Below are positions 1 to 13,010 of a DNA stretch of 64,000 nucleotides, piece after piece. The translations under genes and the position numbers were made by a program. The first letter of the stretch is position 1. Every line of letters begins with the position of its first letter. Location of the stretch: assembly GCA_951406725.2 (NCBI GenBank), contig OX597822.1, forward strand, positions 45,074,001-45,138,000, given 5' to 3'. The notes below the pieces were generated by a model. The model saw only the letters and a program-made list of their open reading frames with translations, did not search any database and had not been told where the DNA came from. This stretch comes from Octopus vulgaris (taxonomy: Eukaryota).

Positions 1-44
<44 letters not shown>

Positions 45-205
45 TAATAATTTTTTTTTTAATTTAAAATTTTAAAAAAAATTAAATTAAAAAAAGTGAA
101 CGAACTATTGAGTTTGGTTTAATGGCCTACCAATGTATACTATGAGTTTCTTTGCCCTAGGAGTCGGCAAGAAATGGAAGCAAATTTGAAAGAAGAAAAA
201 AAAGC

Positions 206-313
<108 letters not shown>

Positions 314-1556
314 TATCTACCAAGAAAAGAGGGAGGCCGTGGGCTTTTACAACTGGCAATAACAATGAAGGTTGCTACAATTGGCCTAGACACCTACCTG
401 AAAAACTCTGAGGACTGGATGTTAAAACTTGTCTCAAAACATGAAAACAAGAAAGCATCATACTCAGTAACAAAACAGGCAAAGGAATATCTAAGTGAAT
501 TCCAAATACAACAAATTCCGGACTTAAACACACAAGAAACAAGCACAGAAAAAGCTAAGCGCATGAAAAGCCGTGCTAAAACTGCTGCCTTAGATATTCT
601 GAATGATAACTGGCAAGAAAAATTTCTCAATGGCAAATACCCAAAGAGAGTGAATAATGCAGATGTTGACAAAGCCCTGACCTATCAATGGCTAATGGCC
701 TCTGGCTTAAAATCTGAAACAGAAGGGTTTATCATAGCAGCTCAAGATCAATGCCTACTTACAAGGAACTACCAGGCCAACATACTAAAGAACGGCAGTA
801 GCCCAACATGTCATGTATGTCAACAACAAAATGAAACCATTGATCATGTTGTCTCCAAGTGCAGTCTTCTTGCGCCTACGGAGTATCTCAACAGGCATGT
901 TAGAGCTGCACATATTTACTGGGTAATTTGCAGAAGCCTGGACTTGCCCCATGATAAAAACTGGTGGGAACACAAACTACCTCCAGTGCTTGAAAATGAC
1001 CACATCTCACTCCTCTGGAACTTCACCATTCAAACTGACAGAAAGATAGACGTGAATAGGCCAGACATCATAGTAAACGACTTCAGACAAAAATCATGCC
1101 TCCTCATTGATATGACTGTCCCAATCGATATAAACGTATCTGTCAAGACCTACCAGAAACTGAGCAAATATAAAGATCTGGAAATAGAAATCAGCAAAAT
1201 GTGGAACCTGAAGACTAAAACAATACCTGTTGTCATAGGTGCCCTGGGAATAATAGCAAAAGGGATTGATTGCTACCTGATTCAGATATCAGGAAACCCA
1301 AAAATGGCAAAAATTCAAAGATGGTAACTGCTCATATCCTACGCAAAATACTTTCTTTGTAATCTCAAGTTTTAAAACAAACATAATTTTCGTACGGTTT
1401 TTTAGGCATTCACTAGTACAACACTAAGTACAAAACCAAATATATGGCACCCTAGGCATAACACCAGCATGAACTTCCAACTTGTTGTCTCTTGAGGTCT
1501 CTGGGTGAGACTTGGAGCCAGCTTGTGCAAATGTAAAGCAAAAGTCAAACATAGAA
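314..1556 (+). mobile_element. 5'-truncated R4/Dong-like non-LTR retrotransposon (RLE type) in (TAA)n
   Basis: ORF 365-1327 has SETEGFIIAAQDQCL, CCHC knuckle CHVC..ETIDHVVSKC, RH motif and RLE nuclease NRPDII..LLIDMT..KLSKYKDL; (TAA)n/(TGA)n on both flanks. Confidence 0.9.
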
Positions 1557-1809
1557 TGATGATAATAATAATAATGACGATGATGATGATGATGATCATC
1601 ATCATCATAAAAATAATAATAATAATCATAACAATAATAATAATAATTATAATAATAATCATGATGACGATGATGATGATGATGATAATAATAATGAAAA
1701 TGATAATGATAATAATAATGATAATGATAATAATGATGAGGATGATGAGGATGATAATAGTAAGAATAATAGTAACAATAACAATAATAGTAATAATAAT
1801 AATGGTAAC

Positions 1810-1886
<77 letters not shown>

Positions 1887-1888
1887 TT

Positions 1889-1945
<57 letters not shown>

Positions 1946-2166
1946 GTGGTGATGGTGGTGATAATGATGATAATATTAATAGTAACAATAATATTTGTAA
2001 CAAAAATTATCTGGCATTTAATTTATCGATCCCGAAACGATAATAGGCACACTCGATGTCGGAAGAATTTGCGCTCCGTACGTAAGGACGGACGAAATGC
2101 CGCTAAGCATTTTGTCTGACATATGACTGATTCTGTCAGTTCTCCACCCTTATGATGATGATGATG

Positions 2167-2225
<59 letters not shown>

Positions 2226-2228
<3 letters not shown>

Positions 2229-2341
2229 GGACATTCTATACAACAGAAAATAAAAGCTTAACAAACAATGCATCGCTGATACCCAAGGCACACAGAGCTG
2301 TGCTCGGTATTGCAGTGAAAACACGCAATGAAAATCTGACT
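2226..2341 (+). mobile_element. 3'-terminal fragment of the Dong-like family seen at 3956-8129
   Basis: aaggcacacagagctg(t/c)gctcg..gtgaaa.cacgc matches 8067-8110; between (TAA)n tracts. Confidence 0.75.
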
Positions 2342-3487
2342 AATAATAATAATTCTGATGATGTCGATGCTAATAGTAATTTCTAACATTGTATAATGGC
2401 TTCTAATATAATTTAGCACAACATAATGGTGTCTAATAATGCAGTTTCTTTGGCCTTCATTTCATTGCAAGCTTTGCGAAAAATTTAGTCACGCAAAATG
2501 ACACAAAAATATTGCACCTTGCGTGTTTGTCTGAAATTCGAATTTCTTTCAACGAAATTTCCGTGAATTTTGCCAGAATAACTAATACCACGAGAACTCA
2601 ATATGTCGGCCGCATGTGGTGGAAAAAACGGCAATATTTATGTTTCGAACAAAACAATTTCGCCGATTCATTTTTTTGCCAAAGGAAACTACATCAAATT
2701 TCCCAGTCTCTGCTTCTTTCTTTTTCTTTTTTTTCACTGAATAACTAACAACTTATTATTAACTGGTTACGGACAGTTGCTATGGTTGTTGCTGTTCTTG
2801 TTGTTGGTTGTGGTGGTGGTGATGATGATGTTTCTGTTGAGGATTAGACAAGTTGATACCCATTGTATAAAAAATGCATGGTCATTGCTGAAATAGCTTC
2901 CAAAATTATCCAAATAAACATCCCGCAGACATTTTTTTTTTTTTTGTTCCAGAATGTTGCACTCGAGATTATAACGCCCTAATGTATCGTGGTTTATAAA
3001 GACGTTTGCATGTGCTTCGAGGGATTTTAACTGTTATTTCTAGCGGTTCGAAAGGCTAAGTAACATCTTTCTATTTTCCACGTGTTTTTTTATCGTTAAG
3101 TTCAGCTGCTGCTGCCGCTGCTGCTGCTGTTGTTGTTGTTGTTGTTGTTGTTGTTCATCCTGAAGTCACCACTTGATGAAGACATTTCATCAAAGTCCTT
3201 CCAGTAATGACCGTCTTCCTAATTCAAGTGTGACTGTTGAGTCACATTGTGTAACATGATTTTTTGAAGACGTTATAATATAATTTGAGAAAGATCTGTC
3301 TACCATTTGTAATAATTCGAATGTCTCCATAAAAATGGTATTTCAGTTCTGTGGGCACGAGAATGACAATTATTTCACCCTTTCTCGTATCCTGCAGATT
3401 ACCATTTAACGATATCCCGAATGAGGTTTTATTTCTCTCTTGTTATAAACAATTTTGATACAAAAACCATAAATAAATCTCACACTT

Positions 3488-3638
3488 ACGTAGGGATGCT
3501 GAACGTTCCTATGTTTAAAGGTATCACGAAAAGCCTGGTGGGAGGCCCAGCCTTCAGAGGTCTTACACAGGTCTTAGAAAAACTGAAGGACCGCTGTAAT
3601 AAGTGTGTGAATCTAGGAGGGAAATATGTTGAATAGAC
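3488..3638 (+). mobile_element. mariner-like deletion derivative, left part (right part at about 8406-8477)
   Basis: Begins tacgtagggatgctgaacgttcc; encodes mariner-type C-terminus LKDRCNKCVNLGGKYVE*; ATGTTGAATAGA recurs at 8406 and the sequence ends ccttcgta. Confidence 0.55.
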
Positions 3639-3668
3639 TGTTCTACATTCAGGGACCTGAATAATAAC

Positions 3669-3702
<34 letters not shown>

Positions 3703-3704
3703 TT

Positions 3705-3825
3705 TTTTTTTCTTCTTTCAAATTTGCTTCCATTTCTTGCCGAGTGTCTTCCCGACTCCTTTCTTTGCCCTAGGAGTCGGGAAGACACTCGGCAAGAAAT
3801 GGAAGCAAATTTGAAAGAAGAAAAA

Positions 3826-3827
<2 letters not shown>
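3705..3827. repeat. perfect 56-bp-arm inverted repeat inside (TAA)n
   Basis: 3705-3760 is the exact reverse complement of 3772-3827, 11-nt loop TTCTTTGCCCT; loop plus right arm recur at 147-203. Confidence 0.9.
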
Positions 3828-3900
<73 letters not shown>

Positions 3901-3955
3901 AAGAAGAAGAAGAAGAAGAAGAAGAAGAAGAAGAAGAAGAAGAAGAAGAAGAAGA

Positions 3956-6900
3956 ACACATGGGACGTTTAAGATGTAAGAACGATAAAACAGAGCTCCG
4001 AAATCTATCCACAAACATCGAAAACAAGGACATCGTATGGAGCCAAAGATTTACTAACAAAGGATTGGAGTAAGTAATACTCATTGAAATTTATTACTAT
4101 TTTCGAAACGAAATGATGTACTTTGACTCGATATCATCTACGCCTCTAACGCAACACATGTAAACATGCGTGAAACATTACGATCCAACAACACCAGGTC
4201 ATCCCCGACCCCAAACACCATGTACAAAGGAACTACGAAGAAATTAAATACCACCGATATTATTTAACCCAAGAATAACAATCGGGAGGTACGTACTTTA
4301 AACTTACGACACAAAATGTACGAAAAACTACACGTGCAAAACAATGTGACAACAGAAATGAACGGACCGGTACCCTACGAAAATGACGACCGTCAAAATA
4401 ATGGGCCGGACGTTGTTCCTCATGTCCCGCAAATAAAACCCAAAAGACATAAATGGACACGTGAGGAATACATTTCTATCCTACACGCATACTTCACAGC
4501 AGTACTCTACCCAAAAAATGAAAACACAACAACGCATACATATAAAATATGGAAGGAAAATAATATAAATATAGACTTGGATACAACAATGAACCCTAAT
4601 AAACTAGCTAACGTACGAAGATACATTCTCAACGCAAAAAAATATCAGAAATAGAAATAGAACATCGAAAAGAAAAAATACATCAGGAAAATGTAGATAG
4701 AAGCCACACAACAATGCCCAATAATATAAACACTGAAACAGTAAAACACGAAGACAAACGTAACATTCCCAACAAACACGATGTAAACAAAAAACAACAA
4801 ACCCAGACCGTAAAAATGCATAATAATACACGACAAACAGCAAGCCAAAACACGGCAAACAAACATACGAACGTGAAAAAAAGTGACACAAATGTAAAAC
4901 CTGGAAACAATGAAGGGGAGCCTAATGATTATGATAATATAAAAAGTAAAATAATCAAAGAACTGAAAACCACAGAGCTCAAAATGGACCACCGACCATA
5001 CCTCCCAAAAATCAAAATAGACGAAACAACAACACCAATTATAAACAGCATAAACCTAGCCGTCACGGAACTAATAGCCACTGAAACAAAAAGGGATATC
5101 ACTGAGCTAAATGACTTAGTATACGCAGCAGCCACTGCAGCCACAAAAGAATCTGGATTCTCACTCAAACCCATCCAAACAGGAGTACCACCACCCAAAC
5201 AAACCCTGTGGATAAATAACATCCAAAACAAAATACAAAAAATGAGAAAAGATCTGTCGATTCTTAATGAAATCAGTAGACAATCAACGCTACTGAGCAA
5301 CAAAAAGAAAACAATAATACTCCGCAAATATAACATCACAGAAAAAGATTTACCTGAGATAAAAGAAAAGCTGACGCAAGATATCCTTGCCAAAGCACAA
5401 AGGATCCTCCGGTACGAGAAACGCCAGCGCTTCTTTGAACAAAACAAAAAGTTCAACTCCAACCCCAAAATGTTCTACCAAGAACTTGGCAAAAATAAAA
5501 TAGAAATCACTGCAGCACCAACGGCAGAAGTGGAAGAATTTTGGAGAGAAATATGGTCGGCGAACGAACAACCAAAAAAAAGGAGTATTAAAACAACAAA
5601 CTAAGCATCTGAACAACTTTGGACCCTCATAACAACTGAAGAGGTCACCCAGGCACTGCAACGACTAAGCAACTGGAAGGCACCTGGGCATGACAAGATC
5701 CCCAACTTCTGGTTGAAATATCTAACAGGAATGCCCAAAAAGCTGGCTGAAAACTTTAACAACATACTAGCAAAGCCAGAGACAATGCCTGAATGGCTCA
5801 CGAAGGGGAAAACCATCTTAATTCCCAAATCAAATGAGACAGCAAAGCCAGAAAACTACAGACCAATAACCTGTCTCCCTACAATGTACAAGGCATTTAC
5901 TGCAATGATATCGCAAAGGTTGAACAAGCACCTGGACGAAAACAACCCGTTTCCAGAAGAGCAGAAAGGATGCCGCAAAGGCTCATATGGCTGTAAAGAT
6001 CAACTAATGATTAATAAAGCCATAACTGAAGACGGCCACAGAAAGAAGAAAGGCCTCAGTATGGCCTGGATCGACTACAAAAAGGCGTTTGATAGCATCC
6101 CCCACGCATGGATCCTCGAAACACTAGCCATTAACAAAGCCACCAACAATCATAAAATTCATAGGGCACTCTATGAATAAATGGCAAACAGTGCTACAGC
6201 TCCAAACAAAAGAGGGACTCATGAAAACCAAAGCCATCCCCATTAGAAGAGGAATATTCCAGGGAGACACGCTCTCTCCACTCCTTTTCTGCTTGGCACT
6301 GTCACCTCTAGCTGATATGCTAAATAGAACTGGATGCGGATATAAATGTTACGGCAAAACGATCAGCCACCTTTTATATATGGATGACCTAAAACTATAC
6401 GCTGCAAATGACAAACAGCTGGAAACACTATCAAAGACAGTTCATGGATTTACCAAAGAAATAGATATGAAATTTGGATTAGAAAAATGCGCCAAAGTAA
6501 CCATGAAAAGAGGAAAACTAGTTAAGAGTAGCAACATCACACTAGATAAAACCAATGAAATAAAAGAATTAGACCAAAGCCAAACTTACAAATACTTAGG
6601 AATCCATGAACTAGATAAGACACAACACACACACAAATGAAAGAGAAAATAAAAAAGAATATTATAGACGAGTTAGATCAATACTAAAAACAGAGCTCAA
6701 TGCTAAAAGCAAGATAATAGGTATTAACACTTTAGCTGTCCCAGTTATAAGTTACAGCTACAATATCCTTAACTGGACACTAAATGAACTGACCAAAATA
6801 GATAGGAAATCAAGAAAAATAATGACAGGATCTAGGATGCATCACCCAAAATCTGACATAGAAAGACTATATATACAACGTATAGAAGGTGGTAGAGGCC

Positions 6901-8124
6901 TTATACAGCTGGAAAACTACTATAAAATAACCACCATAGGACTGCAAAAATATCTACTTCAGAAGGAAGGAAAACTGATCCAGATAGCGGCAAAACACGA
7001 GCAAAACAAAAAACTGTTCTCAGTATTTAAGGAAGCTGACAAATACAAACAAGAAATCATACCACCTAATAAATATGAAGAAGAAGAAGAAGAAGAAGAA
7101 GAAGAAGAAGAAGAAGAAGAAGAAGAAGAAGAAGAAGAAGAAGAAGAAGAAGAAGAAGAAGAAGAAGAAGAAGAAGAAGAAGGTGATGAAGAAACAACAA
7201 AAGCTATAAAACAAATGAAATCCAAACTAAAAATAGAACAGCAAAGAACCATGATAAAACGATGGCAAGAAAAGCCCCTTCATGGTAAATACTGGACTAA
7301 ACTAAACGCAAAAGAAATAGACAAAGAAAAATCCCAGCAATGGTTGAGAAGCTCAGGACTCAAAGCAGAGACAGAGGGATTTTTAATTGCAGCACAAGAC
7401 CAAAGCCTCCCCACCAGAAATTACCAAAAACATGTAATGAAAAGAAATATAACAAGTAACTGCAGAATATGTGGAGATGGACAAGAAACAATAAATCATA
7501 TTATCTCTAGCTGCCCAGTCCTGGCTAAGAAGGAATATATTCACAGACATGACAGAGTTGAAACCTTCATACACTGGAAGCTAGGCCAACATTATGGAAT
7601 AACAACAGAAAAAAGATGGTATAGGCACACACCAAAAAAGGTCACAGAAAACGAGAAAGCAACCATACTCTGGGATATGCCGATACACACAGAGAGAGAA
7701 ATTAAGGCCAACAGACCAGATGTAGTTGTCAGAGGTCATGAAGAAAAGAAATGCTTTCTAATTGATGTATCAATACCGGCAGATGACAACGTGTCTCTAA
7801 AAGAAATGGAGAAACTCTCAAAATACAAAGACCTGGAAATAGAGGTAACCAGAATGTGGAATCTAAAAACAGAAACAATTCCTATCATAGTAGGTGCATT
7901 AGGCATGATAAAAAAATATTCAGACAAATACATAACAAAACCACTAGGACTTACAAACACATATAACATACAGAAAATTGCACTACTAGGCACTGCACAC
8001 ATCCTACGCAGAACACTTTCCATACAATAACCATCGGAGCATCACAACAAATCACAGCACATACTTAAGGCACACAGAGCTGCGCTCGATAGTGAAGTGA
8101 AAGCACGCTATAAAAATAAAACTA

Positions 8125-8129
<5 letters not shown>
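3956..8129 (+). mobile_element. near full-length R4/Dong-like non-LTR retrotransposon, disrupted ORF
   Basis: N-terminal Myb-like KWTREEY (4316-4654); RT motifs NWKAPGHD, YRPITCL, EQKGC, WIDYKKAFDS, RGIFQGDTLSPLLF, LYMDD, YKYLG; CCHC CRIC..HIISSC and RLE NRPDV..LIDVS..KYKDL (6822-8030); 3' end runs into (TAA)n; frameshifts/stops near 4650, 5600, 6140, 6640. Confidence 0.95.
4316..8030 (+). pseudogene. disrupted single ORF (Myb-like, RT, zinc knuckle, restriction-like endonuclease) of the Dong-like element
   Basis: Consecutive ORF pieces 4316-4654, 4714-5604, 5713-6180, 6173-6640, 6822-8030 in canonical domain order. Confidence 0.9.
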
Positions 8130-8222
<93 letters not shown>

Positions 8223-8261
8223 TGATGATGATGATGATAATAACAACAACAACAACAACAA

Positions 8262-8405
8262 CATCGAAAAATACCTTAGGAATGAGAACACAAGTTCAAA
8301 ATTTCCCCAAGACACCTGATGAAGGCTGGAGGGTATATCAGCCGAAACGCTGTGCTAACAACAAACAAGATGAGGACAAATATCTGTCAAATGTAAATAA
8401 TGTAC
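8262..8405 (+). mobile_element. 3' part of hammerhead-containing short repeat (second copy 60982-61162)
   Basis: cgaaaaataccttaggaatgagaac..ccccaagacacCTGATGAaggctg..cagccGAAAC..gaggacaaatatc..aataatgtac, closely matching 60982-61131. Confidence 0.85.
8311..8356 (+). ncRNA. minimal type I hammerhead ribozyme motif
   Basis: stem I GACAC/GTGYT, core CTGATGA, stem II GGCTG/CAGCC, GAAAC; stem III palindrome AACGTT in the 61029 copy (AACGCT here). Confidence 0.65.
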
Positions 8406-8599
8406 ATGTTGAATAGAATCATAGCTGACTTATCCTCTTGTATTTTCTTTTATCCAAGGCCAGGAACACCTTCGTATTGGATATGTTCCCAGGACAGGTT
8501 TTCTTGTACCTTAATTGTTAACGATGTTACCTTCGTTTTTAGTAAAATGAGATCATAAATAAATTCGTAGCAACTCAACCACCAGGTTGCTAAGAGTGT

Positions 8600-8990
8600 C
8601 AGCTATTAGACTGCGGCCATGCTGGGGAACAGTATTGAAGAATTTTTAGTTGAATGAATTGACCCCCGGTAGTAATTTTTTTAAAAGCCTGGTACTTATT
8701 CTATCAGTTCTTTTGCCGAACCGCTAAGTTACGCGGTCAGAAACACACCAACACCGGTTGTCAACCGGTGTTGGGGGGACAAGCACAAGCACAAATACAC
8801 ACGCATACACATATATATATATACAAATACAAGAGGCTTCTTTTCAGTTTCCGTGTATCAAATCCACCCACAAGCCTTTGGTCGGCCCGAGGCTATTGTA
8901 AAAGAAACCTGCCCAAGTCGCCAAGAAGTGGGGCTAAAACCGAAACCATGTGGTTGGGAAGCTAGCTTCTTGCCACACAGTCACACCTGC
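8600..8990 (-). mobile_element. tRNA-derived SINE family B
   Basis: Reverse complement of the family B pattern (tgtgtggtaag..ccacatggttccgggttc..ccaaagcc..gcggttcggcaaaaga..ccagcatggccgcagtc). Confidence 0.8.
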
Positions 8991-9017
8991 GACTTTTAGT
9001 TTATCCACAACAATTTC

Positions 9018-9280
9018 TGGAGGCATATGGCCTAGTTGTTAGAGCAGCGGACTCGCGGACGAGGGATCGCGGGTTCGAATCTCAGACTGGGTGATGTGTG
9101 TGTTTATGAGCAAATCACTTAAGCTCCACGCGGCTCCGTCAGAAGGTAATGGCGAACTTCTGCTGACTCTTTCGCCATGACTTTCTCTCACTCTTTCCTC
9201 CTGCATCTTGCAGCTCACCCTCGCCGGACCGGCATCCCGTCTAAATGGGGAACCTAAATGCCAAGGAAACCGGAAAACCG
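9018..9280 (+). mobile_element. tRNA-derived SINE family C
   Basis: A box tggcctagttg, B box ggttcgaatc; second copy inverted at 26895-27193. Confidence 0.8.
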
Positions 9281-9496
9281 CCTTCCAGAGTAGAAAATAT
9301 TATTGCATGATCCTGTAGCTCTAGACACCACAAATTTTGTAGGTTGAGTAACCAACTCACTCAAAAGGTCCCTGGATAAAGATTGTTTAAGGATGATTAA
9401 CGAAACGTCCATGTCTCCATGGATGAATTATTCAAACCCCAAGGAATCCCTCCAAACTCATGCTTCCCCTACTTCTGCTCATAATAAAAAAATCTT

Positions 9497-9962
9497 CATA
9501 TCGTCAGCCATTAAGGGATATTCTCAACTGGTTCAGGTCAAGCAACTGACAATCAAATCTGTGGTTTTGAGCAGAATATTTGCTGTAGGTCATTTTATAT
9601 ACCAAGACAAAGCAATGTACATGATAACACTTCCAATTAGTTTAGATCAGAAGCCATGAGAGTCACTACCTGGAACTGCATCAGGGCATGGCTGTGGTGC
9701 TCCCCCACTACTTTTGTTCGTGATCAGAAATGCACATATCGTCAACCACCAAGGGGCATACTCAACTCGTTAGAGTCAAACAACTGACAAGCAAATCATT
9801 GCAATTGAACAGAATATTTGCTGTAGTCCATCTTTTATACCAAAACAAAACGTACATGATGACACTTCCAATCAGTTAAGATCAGAAACCATGAAAGCCA
9901 CTGCTTGGTTTTTCATTGGAGCATTTATAATTGCATCGAGGCATTGTTATTAGATCAGGGCA
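9497..9962. repeat. diverged tandem duplication of a unit of about 240 bp within an unclassified repeat
   Basis: catatcgtca..caactgacaa..cagaatatttgctgtag..gtacatgat.acacttccaat.agtt.agatcagaa.ccatga occurs at about 9497 and 9735. Confidence 0.75.
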
Positions 9963-9975
9963 TATATTATTATTT

Positions 9976-10230
9976 ATTTCTTTATTGCCCATAAGGGGCA
10001 CATAGACATAGACACATAGACAAACAAACATACTGGGGACAAACAAGGACAGACAAACGGATTAAGTCGATTATATCGATCCCAGTGCATAACTGGTATT
10101 TATTTAATTGACCCTGAAAGGATGAAAGGCAAAGTCGGCCTCGGCGGAATTTGAACTCAGAACGTAACGGCAGACGAAATACGGTTACGCATTTCGCCCA
10201 GCGTGCTAACGTTTCTGCCAGCTCGCCGCC
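9976..10230 (-). mobile_element. tRNA-derived SINE family A (tail type 1)
   Basis: ggcggcgagctggcagaaacgttagc..gagttcaaattccgccgagg..ttgtctgtccttgtttgtccc..gggcaataaagaaat on the minus strand. Confidence 0.85.
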
Positions 10231-10909
10231 TTCATTTATTATCATTAATGCCCTAGATGGCTCTAAAAATAATGACGTAACATGATGATATCGATGGTAA
10301 TGAAGATCATGGTTACACAGATTTTGCTTATCTGAGGACTTTTAAGCTTTTGTCTTTTCGTGAAGTTTGATATTTTGCCAAATAACGACAGCAATGTAAT
10401 TCTTCCGCTTATAATGCGACATTCTGTGCTGCTCATTAATATTTCATACATTATTAAGGGGTTTTTTCCCCTTTTTATAAAATTTACGAGTAGCAATTTG
10501 GATGCATGTCAGCGAAAGGACATTAATTCAGTTAATTTAGTTAATTTAAGTTGTTCTTGTTGTTGTTATTGTTGATGTTATTACTTTCTGATCGGTTTAT
10601 TTAAGGCTTTTTTTTGTGAAAAAAAATATTAATGGAAGTGTTGAAGAAACGCGAGAAATGAAATTGGCAGATGTCGGTAAGTATCAGATTGAAAATTTCG
10701 AGACTGATGATGTATGAATGAATAATGGTGCGTGTGGTAAGAATTCACTACAGATTACTAGATTGGTCTGGAACCTTCGTCAGAGGGGAAAATTAATACA
10801 AACACAAAAGATTGCATGATGTGATCATTCTTCAATTCAATCTGTTCACTGATTCAAACTCTTTGGCTATTTTATTTTTATAAGATGATCAGTCACAAAG
10901 GGTAACCTC

Positions 10910-10912
10910 TAG

Positions 10913-10950
<38 letters not shown>

Positions 10951-11651
10951 TCTTTCTGTCTGTTTGTCTCTCTCAATCACTCACTTTCTCTCTCTCGCCC
11001 TCTCTTTCTCGCGTACAACCAGACACAAATAGACACACACACACACATACACACACACACACACATTCTCTCTTTCACGTCCTCTTTTTCCTATACGCAT
11101 ATTCTCTTCTTTCAAACACACGCACACACACACACACACACACATACACACACACATACACACGCAATGTCTATCTTTCACACACGCTCGCATACCTTTT
11201 CTCTATCAGACACATGCTCTTACTCTCTATCTCTCTATCTCTCTTCCCCCTCTCTTTCTCGCGTACACATACACACAAACTGACACACGCACATTCTCTC
11301 TTTCACGTCCTCTTTTTCACACACGCACATTATCTTCTTTCACACACTCACGCACACACGCAATGTCTATCTTTCACACTCACGCGCATACTCTTTCTCT
11401 ATCAGACACATACTCTCACTCTCTATCTCTCTCTCTCTCACTCTAGTTCTCTATCTCTCTTTTTCCCCCTCCTCTTCCATGCCCATTCTCATTCCCTCTG
11501 CTCCTCTCTCTCTCTTCTCTGTAAACTCCTAATTGACTCGTATTTTCTTCGGTTGTCTTTCTGTTTCCTCTTCCTTTAACTTTCACTGTCTGTTCTCTTA
11601 CTATTACTACAACTCACTCTTCTCTCTCTTACCCTGTTTCTCCTCCTCCTC

Positions 11652-11687
<36 letters not shown>

Positions 11688-12844
11688 CTCGCTTTCTCTC
11701 TCCCACTCGTTCTTTCTTTCTTTCTCTTAGGAATTCAAAATGTGGCACTTTTTTGCTGAAAGTGAGACAAAGTGAGACAAGTATCAGAAGTTCTAAATAG
11801 CAAAAGACCTCCCCGCCATCATTATCACTCCTACCCCTACCGACACGATGCCACCCACCTCACCCGAACCCCCATCTACCGCCCATCCTAAATTCAATCC
11901 GCTAATCTCGTGCTTTTTCAACTTTGGCGTTAATCTCATTTAAGACCGTCTGTCTGACGCCTCCTTACCTTCAATGGCGGCGTGATTTGAACACAGTAGA
12001 CATCGCATGCGAGACAGAGACTCTGGGGAGGAGTAAGAGTGACAGAGAGGGAAGGAGGGGGAGTATAAGAGAAGAAGAGAAAGGCAGAAAAATGGAGAGA
12101 GATAGTGATAGTGGGAGGAGGAAGGAGAGTAGGAAAGATGAAGCGAGGGCAGAAAGACTGGGAGAGAGGGAGAGCGACAGGGAGAGAAGGAGGGGGTATG
12201 AAACAAGAAGCGAGAGAAGCTTTAAGACGAAGAGAAAACTGGGAGAAAGAGTGAGATCCACGAAGGGAGAGTGTGACGGTAGGCGAAAGATAGAGACAGA
12301 CAATTAAAGGGGGGCAGAGAGAAAGAGATAGGTTTGGAGGAAGAGATACTGAGAGAGCGACAGAGACTGAGGGAGACGGGAAAAGAGACTGAGAGAGAAG
12401 GGAGGAGGTAGAGCTAGGAAGAGGTGAGAGAGAGAGAGATACAAGACGACAGAGTGAGAGAGATAGAGAAATAGAAGGGAGGGTGGAGCATGAGGAGGGA
12501 GAGATGCAATAGTCATGAAGACGCAAAGTGATAAAACTGAAGACGATGGAAGTGGTGTGAGAGTGGATGGAATGTATGTGTAGGATAAGGATAGAGAGGG
12601 GGAGAGAGAGAGAGAACTGGAGAGAGAAATGGAGACTGAGAGAGACGGGGAGAAAGAGAGGAACAAAGAGGGAGGAGCGGCGGAATTGATGAAAAAATGG
12701 AGAACGGAAAATTGAGGGTGACACTGAGAGGAGAGACGGATGAAGAGAGAGAGAGATGGATATACAGACGTACACATAGCCAAACAAACGGAGAGAGAGA
12801 ATTAGACAGACAGGCAGGCAGAGAAAGAGAGACAGCCAGAAAGT

Positions 12845-12886
<42 letters not shown>

Positions 12887-12972
12887 GGCATGCAGACAGA
12901 CAGGCAGACAGACAGGCAGACAGACAGGCTGACAGGCAGGCAGACAGACCGACAGACAGACAGGCAGGCAGG

Positions 12973-13010
<38 letters not shown>

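Noticed and set aside
1505-2119. Poly-I/M ORF and the many similar poly-Y/I/C/V/H/T ORFs
   Set aside because: Microsatellite translations
9018-9090. tRNA-like sequences as real tRNA genes
   Set aside because: They continue into multi-copy SINE bodies and lack a complete cloverleaf
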